Shown here: one piece after another, positions 1 through 10,100 of the stretch | Layout of the letters: each line of letters begins with the position of its first letter | How positions within the stretch are numbered: position 1 is the stretch's first letter | Source of the DNA: a virus | DNA length: 64,000 nucleotides | Virus record (IMG/VR): IMGVR_UViG_3300021387_000700 | Reading direction: 5' to 3' (one strand) | The notes under the pieces: model-generated | The model's input: only the letters and a program-made list of their open reading frames with translations | What the model was told of the DNA's origin: nothing | Database searches by the model: none | Made by a program: the position numbers and the translations under genes

Positions 1-802
1 CGAAAGTGAAAAACACCATCGAAAGGATAAAGTCCTCGTAGGACATATCGGGGTCTACAAGCAAAAGCGCATCAATGGCATCTTTTGCCTTTTCGTAAAC
101 CTCGCGCTTTGTGCGCCCCCAAACGGCCTTTTCATAATCTCCGTTCGGCATGAAGAAAAACATAACAACGCCATCCATCGACTTGTCGACCGTACCGTCG
201 TCGTTAATCCACCCACCGCCATGCACGCCTTTTCCGCACAGCTTACGCATAAAGCACTCTCTTTCGGGGTTCTGTGCGAGGAATACTTGCGCCTTTCCGC
301 TTGTGTCGCTACGCAAACGCGGAAAGAATGTGGATATTGTTCGCCATAAGAATTTGTTGCACTCGTCGAAAATGAGCTTTTTCGCCTGCAAGCCTTTTGC
401 GATTTTATCTATAACGATAGGGTTCTCGTTATCCAGCTGCTGAAACTTAATCTCAGAGCCGTTGTAGAGTTTCATACCCATGTCTTGATTGTTACGGATA
501 ATCTCGCCTATTGGGTCATGCGGCTGTTTCTTTGTTGTACGGTCGATAAGAGGGTACATCTTTTTAAGTGTATCATTTACCTTTCCCGCGCCCCAAAAGT
601 CGCTGATATTACGCATAAAGCATACTATCTTAGCGTTATCGTTCGTAGCAAGGTGCATGATAGGAGCATAGTATAATGCAACGGATTTGCCACCGCCCGT
701 ACCCCCCGTAAAGCATACGACATCAGCATTAGAACGGATAGCAAACTTTTGGTTGCCATCCTCTAACGGTGCTAATACAATATCGTTACGCTTACGTGCC
801 AT
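1..802 (-). CDS. terL: terminase large subunit, N-terminal ATPase part (partial; continues past left edge)
   Basis: Own translation of the minus strand from ATG at 802-800: MARKRNDIVLAPLEDGNQKFAIRSNADVVCFTGGTGGGKSVALYY... This gives Walker A GGTGGGKS, then a Walker B-like KKLIFDEC. The frame is open to position 1. It is absent from the ORF track because no stop lies in the window. Confidence 0.8.
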   Translation of the reverse strand, partial: MARKRNDIVLAPLEDGNQKFAIRSNADVVCFTGGTGGGKSVALYYAPIMHLATNDNAKIVCFMRNISDFWGAGKVNDTLKKMYPLIDRTTKKQPHDPIGEIIRNNQDMGMKLYNGSEIKFQQLDNENPIVIDKIAKGLQAKKLIFDECNKFLWRTISTFFPRLRSDTSGKAQVFLAQNPERECFMRKLCGKGVHGGGWINDDGTVDKSMDGVVMFFFMPNGDYEKAVWGRTKREVYEKAKDAIDALLLVDPDMSYEDFILSMVFFTF

Positions 803-859
803 ACGCAAAAGTAATTAAAAATGCAACAAGTTTATAAACCTAATAGAAATTTCTTGTTG

Positions 860-867
860 CAAAGATA
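860..867 (-). promoter_or_regulatory. Bacteroides-type -7 box (TATCTTTG on minus strand) upstream of terL
   Basis: The plus strand reads CAAAGATA, about 55 nt upstream of the terL ATG. It lies next to the 8-bp inverted repeat GCAACAAG...CTTGTTGC (about 822-859). Confidence 0.5.
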
Positions 868-976
868 CACATTACTTTTCTGTATAATTGACTTGCACCA
901 AATTAAGTTCGTGATTTTCACACGCTTTATCACGTTCTTGTGTTTATTTTACTTTTCGACTTTTCTTCTTATTTAT

Positions 977-984
977 TAAATTTG
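977..984 (+). promoter_or_regulatory. Bacteroides-type -7 box TAAATTTG(CACC) for the morphogenesis operon
   Basis: TAnnTTTG followed by CACC, about 45 nt upstream of the 1029 ATG. The same extended box recurs at 27393, 38315, 50730 and 54436. Confidence 0.5.
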
Positions 985-1028
985 CACCCAAACAAATCTA
1001 ATTGTTTAATTTTTAATAGTAGAAAACT

Positions 1029-1661
1029 ATGACAAAAGAAGAGGCTTTACAGAAAGTAAACGACTATTGTAACGAGAAAAGTTACACCGCTGCAACCCTT
1101 ACCGATGGTTTTAAAGACAAGTTTGCTGAACATTTTGCAAAGCGTTATCCCGACGCTGCCGCAGATGATGAAACAGCTCTTGGCGACATGAAGTTCGCGC
1201 TTAATTCCGCTTTCAGCGGCGCAAGCACGATTATCACGGACAAAACCAAGGAGTTTGAGACGAAAGAAAACGGCTACAAATCCCAAATCGCCGAGTTGCA
1301 GAAGAAAATCAAAACTCCGCCCGCCATTGTTGAGCCGCAGATTCCGAAGGAGGTACAAGACCAATTGGACGAATTAAAGGCTTTCAAGGATGCGAAGAGC
1401 AAGCAAGAAAAGCTTGGTAACATCATGCGCATTGCAAAGGAGGGCATCCGTTCAGACTTACACGCGTCATTCGACAAGTTCGCTTCCGATTACGCCGTTA
1501 AGCTGGACAAGGAAGACAAGGAGCAGGCCGAAGGGCTGGTAGCAAAGTTCAAGGACATCTTCAAGGATTCACTTGGCGACATCCGACCTCAGAAGCCTAC
1601 TACCGACGAAACGAAAGATGCAGAAATCATCGGTTCACTTCCGAAAGTAAAGATTAGCTAA
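1029..1661 (+). CDS. putative head scaffolding protein
   Basis: 210 aa, charged and probably coiled-coil (K/E/D-rich). It is the first gene of the capsid operon, upstream of the capsid genes. Confidence 0.5.
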   Translation: MTKEEALQKVNDYCNEKSYTAATLTDGFKDKFAEHFAKRYPDAAADDETALGDMKFALNSAFSGASTIITDKTKEFETKENGYKSQIAELQKKIKTPPAIVEPQIPKEVQDQLDELKAFKDAKSKQEKLGNIMRIAKEGIRSDLHASFDKFASDYAVKLDKEDKEQAEGLVAKFKDIFKDSLGDIRPQKPTTDETKDAEIIGSLPKVKIS

Positions 1662-1695
1662 CATCATTTTATAAACAACTTAAAAAGGAAACATC

Positions 1696-2439
1696 ATGGT
1701 AACAAATTTAGCGTTTTTCTTCGAGACCTCCCGTAAGGTTCGTGGCGGTAAGTTTGTTTGGGTTAAGGATGGTAACGGCGAGCAACGCGGTAACGTACTG
1801 CTCGGTGGCACTATTCTGAATCCTAACAAGGGTTTCGGCAAGTTGTACGCAGCCCAGCTGGTTCAGTACGACATGCAAGGTGGATGCCTTATTTTCCGTT
1901 CTTTCGCGGCTAATAACGCCACCGCCCAAGCCTCCGACACCGTAATCTACTTAAAGGGCGACGGATATTCTGACGCTCCCGAGGTCGGCATGGTTATTAT
2001 GAAAGCTCCCGATGCTGTTACGGTTAAGACAATGACCGTTGTGGCTGGTTCGGGTAGCGACCCCGATACCGTTACGGAGTCTTTCGCAGACTACACTGGT
2101 CAGTCGGGTAAGATTACCGCCGTTGAATACGATGAGGCCAACGCACGTTTCAAGGTAACACTTGATACCGCTATCGGTGCTCTCGCAGTCGGCGATGTGT
2201 TGGTAGAGGCACAAGGCACAGCCGCAAGTGCTTCCGCAAAGGTTCTTGTACCAAAGCCCAACACCTTTATCGAGAAGGATGAGGAACTGCTCCCCACCGA
2301 GGGTTATGGCTTCCAAAATGCCAACTATTCTATTTCCACCGTCTACAACAAGCAGGCTTTCATTGCCCGTATGCAGCCTCTGCCTAAGTACGTGCTTGCA
2401 TTGAATAAGTCCCTTATTGACGGAATCTTTTGGATTTAA
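1696..2439 (+). CDS. capsid-module protein (possible head decoration protein)
   Basis: 247 aa, lying between scaffold and major capsid as lambda D does. It shares the GAAAGGAAACA-N-ATGG translation start context with the capsid and major tail genes. Confidence 0.35.
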   Translation: MVTNLAFFFETSRKVRGGKFVWVKDGNGEQRGNVLLGGTILNPNKGFGKLYAAQLVQYDMQGGCLIFRSFAANNATAQASDTVIYLKGDGYSDAPEVGMVIMKAPDAVTVKTMTVVAGSGSDPDTVTESFADYTGQSGKITAVEYDEANARFKVTLDTAIGALAVGDVLVEAQGTAASASAKVLVPKPNTFIEKDEELLPTEGYGFQNANYSISTVYNKQAFIARMQPLPKYVLALNKSLIDGIFWI

Positions 2440-2461
2440 TTAATAAGAAAGGAAACAAGAT

Positions 2462-3748
2462 ATGGCACAAGCATTAAAATACCAATGGAATCCCGATGAG
2501 GCTATTGAAAAGCTTTATCAGAAAGGATTCATGGACGGAACTAACGTAGGTTTCCTCCAAACTCTGATTGACAACACTCTCGAAATCGAGGCCAACGCCT
2601 TCTTTTGGCAGGAGCACTTCACTGTCGAGGGTAACGAGTACAAGATTGACCTGCAAGACACCAAGAAGAATCCCGCTTGGACTGTTCGTCAGAAAGTCAA
2701 CCGTGTCGTGCCTATGGCCGATGCAATGGCTCCTCTGTCTGAGACCGCCCAACTCGACACCGAAGGCTGGGAGGAAAAGACTGGCTCTATCTACCAATAT
2801 GGTAAGGGCTTGTTTGACACCTCTATGTCTAAGATGGAATTGCAGGCACGTCTGCGCGAGCTGAACATTCAAGACCAAAACCTCATCACGGGCTTTGTTA
2901 AGGGTGTTGCAGACCTCGTTAAGACCCACAACTTCCGCGCCTCTTACATGGCCGCACAGACCCTTTCCTATGGTGGTGCTTATTCTAACACCAATACCAT
3001 TGCATTCAAGGGTACTACTGGCTCTATCACATCGACAAAGGGATTCAGCGGCGTTTCTACAATGCAGCAGTCCTACATTCCTATCGAGAACTTCAAGAAG
3101 GCTGGCACTAAGGTTTGGTCTGCAAACGACTGCGATATTCCTTCGCAGATGCAAAAGATTGAGCACGACTTCAAGGTTGCCAAGGGTCTTTCTGACGACT
3201 TCGCTATGGAGTGGGACATCCCGTACAGCATCGTTACCTCTATCTTGATTAACAACAGCTATTTCAAGGCCGAGGTCAATCGCTGGATTCGTCTGTATGC
3301 GCCCGACAAGGTTATCGTTGTAACCAGCGGTGCAAGCGGCATCGACGCCGATACTATCACTTGGGAGCAGCTGGTGGCCTACAGCCGCAGCACCATCTCT
3401 AAGATTGCTCCTATCCGTGTCGTTAAGCAGCAAAGCAAGGTGCAGGATTTCACAACCGTTACCGACGTAAGCGGCTGGAAGCCCAATACCGTTGTTCTGC
3501 GTCCGCTCGGCATGGCAGGTGTACTCGTTCACGCAGAGACTGCCGACGTTGCGCTGATGCGTAGCGGTGAGGTGAATAGCAATATTCAATTCTCGCTGGC
3601 TAAGATTCAGAACTTCTTGTATGTAATCAACAAGATTACGCCCAACGGTATGCTCAAGTCTTACCACACGGACGTTATCGGTCGTTACGCAACCGTTCTG
3701 AATGAGTCGCTGTATCACGTAGTAGTTGATATTGCAACCGCAGACTAA
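2462..3748 (+). CDS. putative major capsid protein
   Basis: 428 aa, placed after the scaffold and before the head-tail connector genes. The call rests on size and position only. Confidence 0.6.
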   Translation: MAQALKYQWNPDEAIEKLYQKGFMDGTNVGFLQTLIDNTLEIEANAFFWQEHFTVEGNEYKIDLQDTKKNPAWTVRQKVNRVVPMADAMAPLSETAQLDTEGWEEKTGSIYQYGKGLFDTSMSKMELQARLRELNIQDQNLITGFVKGVADLVKTHNFRASYMAAQTLSYGGAYSNTNTIAFKGTTGSITSTKGFSGVSTMQQSYIPIENFKKAGTKVWSANDCDIPSQMQKIEHDFKVAKGLSDDFAMEWDIPYSIVTSILINNSYFKAEVNRWIRLYAPDKVIVVTSGASGIDADTITWEQLVAYSRSTISKIAPIRVVKQQSKVQDFTTVTDVSGWKPNTVVLRPLGMAGVLVHAETADVALMRSGEVNSNIQFSLAKIQNFLYVINKITPNGMLKSYHTDVIGRYATVLNESLYHVVVDIATAD

Positions 3749-3802
3749 AAAATCGCGATGGCTAACATGATTCGATAATCAAGGTAAAAAACTGCAAGAA
3801 AG

Positions 3803-4195
3803 ATGACGGTATTAGAATGGCTTACAGCATCAACGACATACACTCGTTTCGACGAGAAGAATCTTGTCAAGATAGCATTGGATAGAGGGTGCGACCCGAA
3901 TGAAGATGCTTATGGCGATGGTGTTACAGAACAGCAGAAAGAGCTAATGACTGCTGACATCATATTCACGGCCATACTTTTAAGCCCTTCTAATACATCG
4001 TCTTTGCAGCAGTCGCATAACGGTTTCCAAAAGACCGTTGGCTCTGAGCAGGATTTCTACCAAGATGAAAAAATCAAGTACGCCATCAAGATTTACAACA
4101 AATACGACGACGAGAGGGCAGAGATACTTGAAAACTCCCGCAGAAAGATTAAGTTCATACCAATTGAGGACGTAGACCAAATCATACCGCAGTAA
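3803..4195 (+). CDS. putative head-tail connector/adaptor protein
   Basis: 130 aa, the first of four small tightly packed ORFs between capsid and major tail genes. Call is positional only. Confidence 0.35.
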   Translation: MTVLEWLTASTTYTRFDEKNLVKIALDRGCDPNEDAYGDGVTEQQKELMTADIIFTAILLSPSNTSSLQQSHNGFQKTVGSEQDFYQDEKIKYAIKIYNKYDDERAEILENSRRKIKFIPIEDVDQIIPQ

Positions 4196-4199
4196 AACT

Positions 4200-4541
4200 A
4201 TGATGCGCGACGAGATTCTTGAATACCCCTACCAAGGCGTGATAAACCGCATTATTGCGGGGCATGGCGACGATGATGATACTACCGTAGAAATATACAA
4301 CGGTATCATGGATGAAACGATTCGCACCGATGATAACGGTCGCGCATTGCAGACCTCCAGCTATGTTATATCAATACCTTTAACCAAGGGTAGCGATAAC
4401 AAATATATCATTCCTATCAAGGGCGACGAGATAACGCTGGTTCGGTTCGACCAAGAGGTATCGTTCGTGGTTGATAATGCAGAGCCTTCGCAATTGGGCG
4501 GTGTAAGTATCTATGCGACACGCAAGGAATGGAACAGCTAA
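4200..4541 (+). CDS. putative head-tail joining protein
   Basis: 113 aa. Call is positional only. Confidence 0.3.
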   Translation: MMRDEILEYPYQGVINRIIAGHGDDDDTTVEIYNGIMDETIRTDDNGRALQTSSYVISIPLTKGSDNKYIIPIKGDEITLVRFDQEVSFVVDNAEPSQLGGVSIYATRKEWNS

Positions 4542-4559
4542 CACACAATACGTAACGAT

Positions 4560-5078
4560 ATGGCAAAGACACGGTTCAAATTCAACGGAAAGCTTTGGGG
4601 TAAGCGTTTGTTCAATAGCGTTGCCGAGGAGCAGACCAAGCGGCTTATAGAGTACGCTGAAAAGGAAATCGTGAATATCGTGGAGAATGCGTCTTTTGAC
4701 AATGAGACTTTCAACTTATCCGACTCCTACGTATGGTGTGTGTACTTTAACGGAAAGCGCAAGGGCTACGGCACTTATGGGCGCAAGCAGGCGAGGAAAA
4801 ACTCCTTACTGCACGAATACAGCCCATCTATCAGCGTTCCCGTGAAAGGTCGCCAATTGGCCAATGATTTTGCAAAGGCTTACAAGCCAGACCAAGACAA
4901 AGGCTGGGAAATAGTTTTTGCCGCCACAGCACCCTACGGTGCATATATGGAAGAGGGTTACACCTTTAAGGGCAAGTTCTATAAGTTCCATGTTCTTTCG
5001 CAGCGGTACGACCACATCAAGAAAGCTCTTAGTCCGCTTTGTGTAGTAACACTTGAAATTGATACGCCTAAATATTAA
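4560..5078 (+). CDS. putative head-tail joining / neck protein
   Basis: 172 aa. Call is positional only. Confidence 0.3.
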   Translation: MAKTRFKFNGKLWGKRLFNSVAEEQTKRLIEYAEKEIVNIVENASFDNETFNLSDSYVWCVYFNGKRKGYGTYGRKQARKNSLLHEYSPSISVPVKGRQLANDFAKAYKPDQDKGWEIVFAATAPYGAYMEEGYTFKGKFYKFHVLSQRYDHIKKALSPLCVVTLEIDTPKY

Positions 5079-5083
5079 GCACG

Positions 5084-5530
5084 ATGATTACGGATTCGTC
5101 ACGCATACCGATATATGATTTCCTTTCGGAGATTCTTGCAGGTGTCACGGATAACATCTATTCCATGACATTGCCTACGGAAACTACGAAATCGGACATC
5201 GAGGACGGTTTTATCGTTACCAATGTCGGCAATATCAATGATGATTCCGAGTTTGATGGCGACGCTTACGGCTGGGTTCGCTGCACGGTTACGGCCTACA
5301 TATCCAAAAAGACTCGCGGGCGTTTGAATAAGACGCTTTACGATGCCTACGATAAGGGTATTACAGCGGCCATAAAAGCCCACACGGGGCGCGTTGATGA
5401 GGGCGACTACTACATCTTAGAGGATAGCGTTCTCTCGATGGATGATAACGAGAATACGGTAAAGGGAAACCAATACCATGCTTTCATAAAATCCTTTGTC
5501 GTCGTAATAGACCAACAAAGTAATTCGTAA
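5084..5530 (+). CDS. putative tail completion/terminator protein
   Basis: 148 aa, immediately upstream of the major tail gene. Call is positional only. Confidence 0.3.
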   Translation: MITDSSRIPIYDFLSEILAGVTDNIYSMTLPTETTKSDIEDGFIVTNVGNINDDSEFDGDAYGWVRCTVTAYISKKTRGRLNKTLYDAYDKGITAAIKAHTGRVDEGDYYILEDSVLSMDDNENTVKGNQYHAFIKSFVVVIDQQSNS

Positions 5531-5559
5531 CTAATTAAAATAAAGAAAGGAAACAAATT

Positions 5560-6093
5560 ATGGCAAAAAAGACAACTTTGAAGCCGATTGGCCTTGGCTA
5601 TCGCGCTGTTGGTTCTGCCTCAAGTGTGGCTTATACCAAGTTCATGGGTGTTTTGAAAGGACTGGCTATCGCGCAGGACGAGCCCGAATCTACCGAGATT
5701 GAGGCCGAGTTCTACGATGCACCTTTCGACATCTTCTATCAAGGTAATCCCGTGCGTCTGACCTTTGAGCTGGCAAACTACGATTTGTCGGAGCTGCCTG
5801 CCATCTTCGGTGGTACTTATACTGCTGGTTCTGCTGGCACTGGTGGTGCTGCTGGTACTCCCGAATCATACGAGGGTGCTGCATCCGCATACACCTCAGA
5901 GCAGGAGTGGAAGCTCGACTTCGGTCGCGGCTTTGGTTCGCTGGTTATCTACAAGGGTCTAACCGTTGGTACTCTCAAGAAGGATGCCGACGGTGCTTTG
6001 AACTATTCGGTAACTATTACCGCTTTGGTTTACACCGACGCAGACCAAGTTGACCACATGTATAAGATTATCGGCGACACCCCCACCGAGTAG
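5560..6093 (+). CDS. putative major tail protein
   Basis: 177 aa, directly upstream of the frameshifted chaperone pair and the tape measure. It has the strong GAAAGGAAACA start context. Confidence 0.5.
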   Translation: MAKKTTLKPIGLGYRAVGSASSVAYTKFMGVLKGLAIAQDEPESTEIEAEFYDAPFDIFYQGNPVRLTFELANYDLSELPAIFGGTYTAGSAGTGGAAGTPESYEGAASAYTSEQEWKLDFGRGFGSLVIYKGLTVGTLKKDADGALNYSVTITALVYTDADQVDHMYKIIGDTPTE

Positions 6094-6227
6094 TCCAAGC
6101 ATGGCAATTCTAACGTTTTCGTGAACGTGAGGGGTGCGTTGTTGGGGTGTCCCCGATGATGCGCCCCTTTGCTTTACGAAATGCCGTTAGAATCAAAATA
6201 AACTACGTTCACGAAAAAAGTTATATT

Positions 6228-6842
6228 ATGGCAAAGGAAAACGAGAACAAGCAGGTAGCGCAGGAGCAAGAGGAGATAAAGGATTTTCCAATTGACATCC
6301 AAAAAAACATCGTTGAGATAATCAATGATACGCCATCCTTGATACGCCTTGGTGATAAGGAGTATAAGGTAAAGGGTATGCGCTATTATTCGTTGTACCG
6401 TATATGCAACCTTGTATTAGATATGCGTAAGGCTGATGAAACGTTAGATACTGACCAAAAGGTTATAACTGCCTTGTGTACCGATTTGGATGCCATGTGT
6501 GAAATCATGGCCATTGTGCTTTGCAATCACCTTTTCACTCCCGACGGGAACAATCTTACTTGGGAGGAGGTTCGCACAAAGAACGACTACTATGTAAGCG
6601 TTATGAAGGCAAAGGTCATGCAGAGCACATTTGATGCAAACCAATGGGCGGCAATTGTGCTGGGCGCAATAAAATCAATAGATTTATCCGCTTTTTTTTT
6701 ACTCAAAAAATCGGTGAGTACGCTTACGGGTTCACTTCTGATGCGGAAGAAGAAATCGGAGGAGACAGCATCACTATTTATGGAAGCACTATCATTGCAG
6801 ATGCAGCAGACTTCCTCAGAGCCTTCCCACAATACCGATTAG
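6228..6842 (+). CDS. tail assembly chaperone (G-like, zero-frame product)
   Basis: Canonical position between major tail and tape measure. I prefer ATG 6228 (MAKENENK...) over the GTG at 6147 given in the track. Confidence 0.65.
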   Translation: MAKENENKQVAQEQEEIKDFPIDIQKNIVEIINDTPSLIRLGDKEYKVKGMRYYSLYRICNLVLDMRKADETLDTDQKVITALCTDLDAMCEIMAIVLCNHLFTPDGNNLTWEEVRTKNDYYVSVMKAKVMQSTFDANQWAAIVLGAIKSIDLSAFFLLKKSVSTLTGSLLMRKKKSEETASLFMEALSLQMQQTSSEPSHNTD

Positions 6843-7078
6843 ATGATTACCTCTATCGGTTAAGCATCGCGCAAGTGCAGTTTATGGCTGTTGACAATAC
6901 GCACACGAAATACTTACGTGGTACGGACAAAAAAGCTTGGCAAAACTTTAAGGATGCATACGAGGCACAGAAGAAACTCGAACGGTTCTTTAATTCTATC
7001 GGTGCGCCTAAAAACCTTGCTGCTGGAGAGGAGATGGAAATCCCCATGCCGCAGCGAAACAAGAAAAAGAAAGAATAG
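6228..7078 (+). CDS. tail assembly chaperone frameshift fusion (GT-like product)
   Basis: Frame 0 (6228-~6700) is joined by a -1 slip to the overlapping ORF 6644..7078, which ends 30 nt before the tape measure start. Confidence 0.55.
6692..6701 (+). promoter_or_regulatory. -1 programmed frameshift slippery site (T9 then A; T_TTT_TTA)
   Basis: The zero frame reads GCT TTT TTT TTA CTC (AFFLL). The -1 frame is open from 6644 to 7078 and reads ...RFFFTQKIGE... Confidence 0.6.
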
Positions 7079-7107
7079 TTATAAACTCTATATATACACT
7101 TTAAGAT

Positions 7108-10100
7108 ATGGCAGCAAATGATGATGTTCTGATTGTTGGTAAGCTTGATTCCAAAGAATTAGAAAAGTCGATTAACGATTTGATAGATTTCGTTGGTGAT
7201 AAGACTACTATAATGGCTGGTAAGTTTGATTCCGCAATGGATAAGATGAAATCGGCCATGAAGGATTTCGCTATTACGCAGAAAGTTTCCGTCGATTTGA
7301 TGAAGGAGGCTTGGAAGGATATGTCCGCGTCGTTTGATGCTATGGTAGCAGCTCAATCGGGTGCTACTGGTGGCGGCAAAGGTAAAGAGCCAAGGGAATA
7401 TGCGCCAAATACCATCGGTGCATTGGAGCAGGAAATTGAGAAACGCCAGCAAAACCGAAAGGAGATGGAGCTTGACAGCGACGCATTACGCCAAGAAAAC
7501 AAGCTCATCGAAGAGCGAAACAAAAAGCTGGCCGAGCAAAAGGGCTTGAATACTATGGCGGCGCAGGCTAAGAAAGCAGGCGAGGAAATCCGTGTAGCGT
7601 TCTCGCATCCCGCAAACAGCCTTGAGCAAGCCGAGGCAAAGCTCGCAAAGCTAAAGGCACTTGCTGCCAATTGGAAAGGTAAGGGCGTTTTGAATGAAAC
7701 GCAATGGAATAAGATTCAAAATGCCATTGATAGAACAGAAAAGTCTATCGAAAAGTTCAAGATGTCCGCAATGACATTAAAGGACTTAAAGCTCTTGCCC
7801 GAAAAATCAGTCGACGATATTACCAAGAAGCTGCAAGCTTTAAAGCATATTCAGATAGACCCGAAAAACGCCACGCAAGTCAAAAAGCTTGGCGACGAAT
7901 ACCAGCGTCTTTCCCGTATGCAGAATGAGCTTTTAGGCCGCAGCATACAGCTCACCAAATCCAACAACTATCTCGCGCAAAGTTTTGGTTATATCCGTAA
8001 CCGTATCGTTTATGCGCTTACGCTTGGTGCTGCGACATCGTTTGTTAAGCAAGTGTACGACATCCGTGCGCAATATGAACTGCTGGAGCGTTCCTTGGGC
8101 GTTCTGATAGGTTCTTTTGAACGTGGTAGCCGTATATTCCAAGAGCTGAACACAATGGCCTTGAAATCGCCGTTTACGCTTATGGAGTTGGGCACTGCCG
8201 CAAAGCAATTAACGGCATACAATTTCCAAGCAAACGAGGTTGTGAACACCACACGCCGTTTAGCAGACCTTTCCGCAGCTTTGGGCGTGCCTATGGAGCG
8301 TCTCACATACAACTTAGGTCAGATTCGCGCACAGACGGTACTTACAGCCCGTGATGCCCGCGACTTCGCAAATGCTGGTTTGCCTATCGTGAAATCGCTG
8401 GCAGACCATTTCTCTGAGCTTGAGGGGCGTGTCGTTTCTACGGGTGATGTCTACGACCGCATGAGTAAGAAGGCCGTGTCGTATAACGATGTTATGGCCG
8501 TGCTTAACAAAATGACAGACGAGGGCGGTAAGTTCTTTGATTTCCAAGCAAAGCAGGCAGAAACCCTTCGCGTGCAGTTAGCAAACCTTACATTGGCATG
8601 GAACAATATGCTTAATGCCGTTGGTAAGGAAAACCAAGGTATGCTCACATTGCCTATCACGGCTCTTAAATCGCTTTTCCAAAATTGGAAGGAACTTAGC
8701 CATGTAATAACCGAGGTCATTATTGCCCTTGGTCTTTACAAAGGCACACAACTCGTCGTAAACAAGCTCGTTGGCGAGAGTGCTATGGTGATGCGAAAGA
8801 GCATCCTTATGGATAAGGAAAAGGCCGCATCTGAACTGCAAAGAGAGGGTACAGTCCGCCGCTTGCTGGTAAGCGAGCAAAAACAGATAGCAAACAAAAA
8901 GAAAGTTGTCGCCGCCGATTACCAAGCCATCCTTTCAACACGCGAGCTTTCAAAGACGCAGGCTTTGTTGCTTGCTGCTTTTAACAAGAACGACAAGGAA
9001 TTGATGAAAGCCCTTGTTAAGCTAAAGCTGTTGAAGAAGTCCGAGATAGAGAATATCACCGTCGGAAAGGCTTTCTCGCTCGTTATCAAGCAGATGGGTA
9101 TTTCGCTTATGAGCCTTGGTAAGACTATCGCGATGTTCCTGCCGCAAATGGCGGCTATGGCCGCTATCGGTGCTATCGTTGAGGCCGTTTACACATTCTC
9201 CGAGATTAGCGATAAGATACGCGACATCAATAAGAGTATTGTGGATAGCGCAAAGGAAAGTGCCGATTCAATTGCACAATTCATGAAGGATTACAGCGAG
9301 ACCTATAAAAAGGTCTTTGAGTATCAAGAAAAGGTGCAAAAGAACGGTGTTCCTGCCACAAAGGACGGTATTCCACAATACAAGAATCTGAATGACGCAG
9401 AGGCGTTAAAGGCATGGGACGCAATCCGTGAGCAGATTGAGCTTTCAAGTGCTGCAAGCGGTGTGTTCATCGACAAGCTGATGCAGATAAATGACGTTAA
9501 TGACCGTGTTCGTGCTGGATTCGACTATCTCCAGCAGATTCACGATATTAACGGTGCGCTGGAGTCGCTTGACGATAAGGCCGTTACCATCAATGGCGAC
9601 TGGTCTAAGTGGTGGAACTTATGGTCTTTGCCCGATGGCCTTATTGACAACCTCAAGGATTATTCAGAACAGCTTGATAAGGTTATAGAGAAATGGGGTA
9701 GCCTTGCTAATGCAAAGGAAGCAGCCATGCGAAAGCAAGAGGGCGCAGAAGGCGATTTACACGATGTTCAAGCGCAGTTCAACACGTTCTCAAACGACCT
9801 CAAGGACACCATATCGTCAATGTTTAACGCATTTTCTTCCGTTGGTATCAATACGGCGGAGGGTATGCGAGAGGCATTTGAACGTTCCAATAATCAGATT
9901 CTTGCAGATGCCAACCTTTCTTCAAAGGAACAGCTTCAGTACCGCATGGCAGCGGAGGAGGAGTTTATCGCACAGCGCAAAGCCCAATTCAAAGAGGAAT
10001 ATGATTTTGAAATCGAGCAGGGCAATGCCGCACGCGCCGCACGGGTAAAGCAAGAAGAGGAGGCATGGCTTGCATCCTTTGGCAGCGGTAAGGCCGTTTC

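Noticed and set aside
2474-3718. 414-aa ORF on the minus strand, antisense to the putative major capsid gene.
   Set aside because: It is a complete mirror of a plus-strand ORF that fits the operon in start context, spacing and order. It has no start context of its own and an Arg/Leu/Val-heavy composition typical of antisense frames.
6147-6227. N-terminal extension of the chaperone ORF from the GTG at 6147.
   Set aside because: The ATG at 6228 (MAKENENK) follows the major tail gene's 3' region at a sensible distance. The extension would overlap likely untranslated sequence and adds an odd MSPMMRPFALRN... leader.
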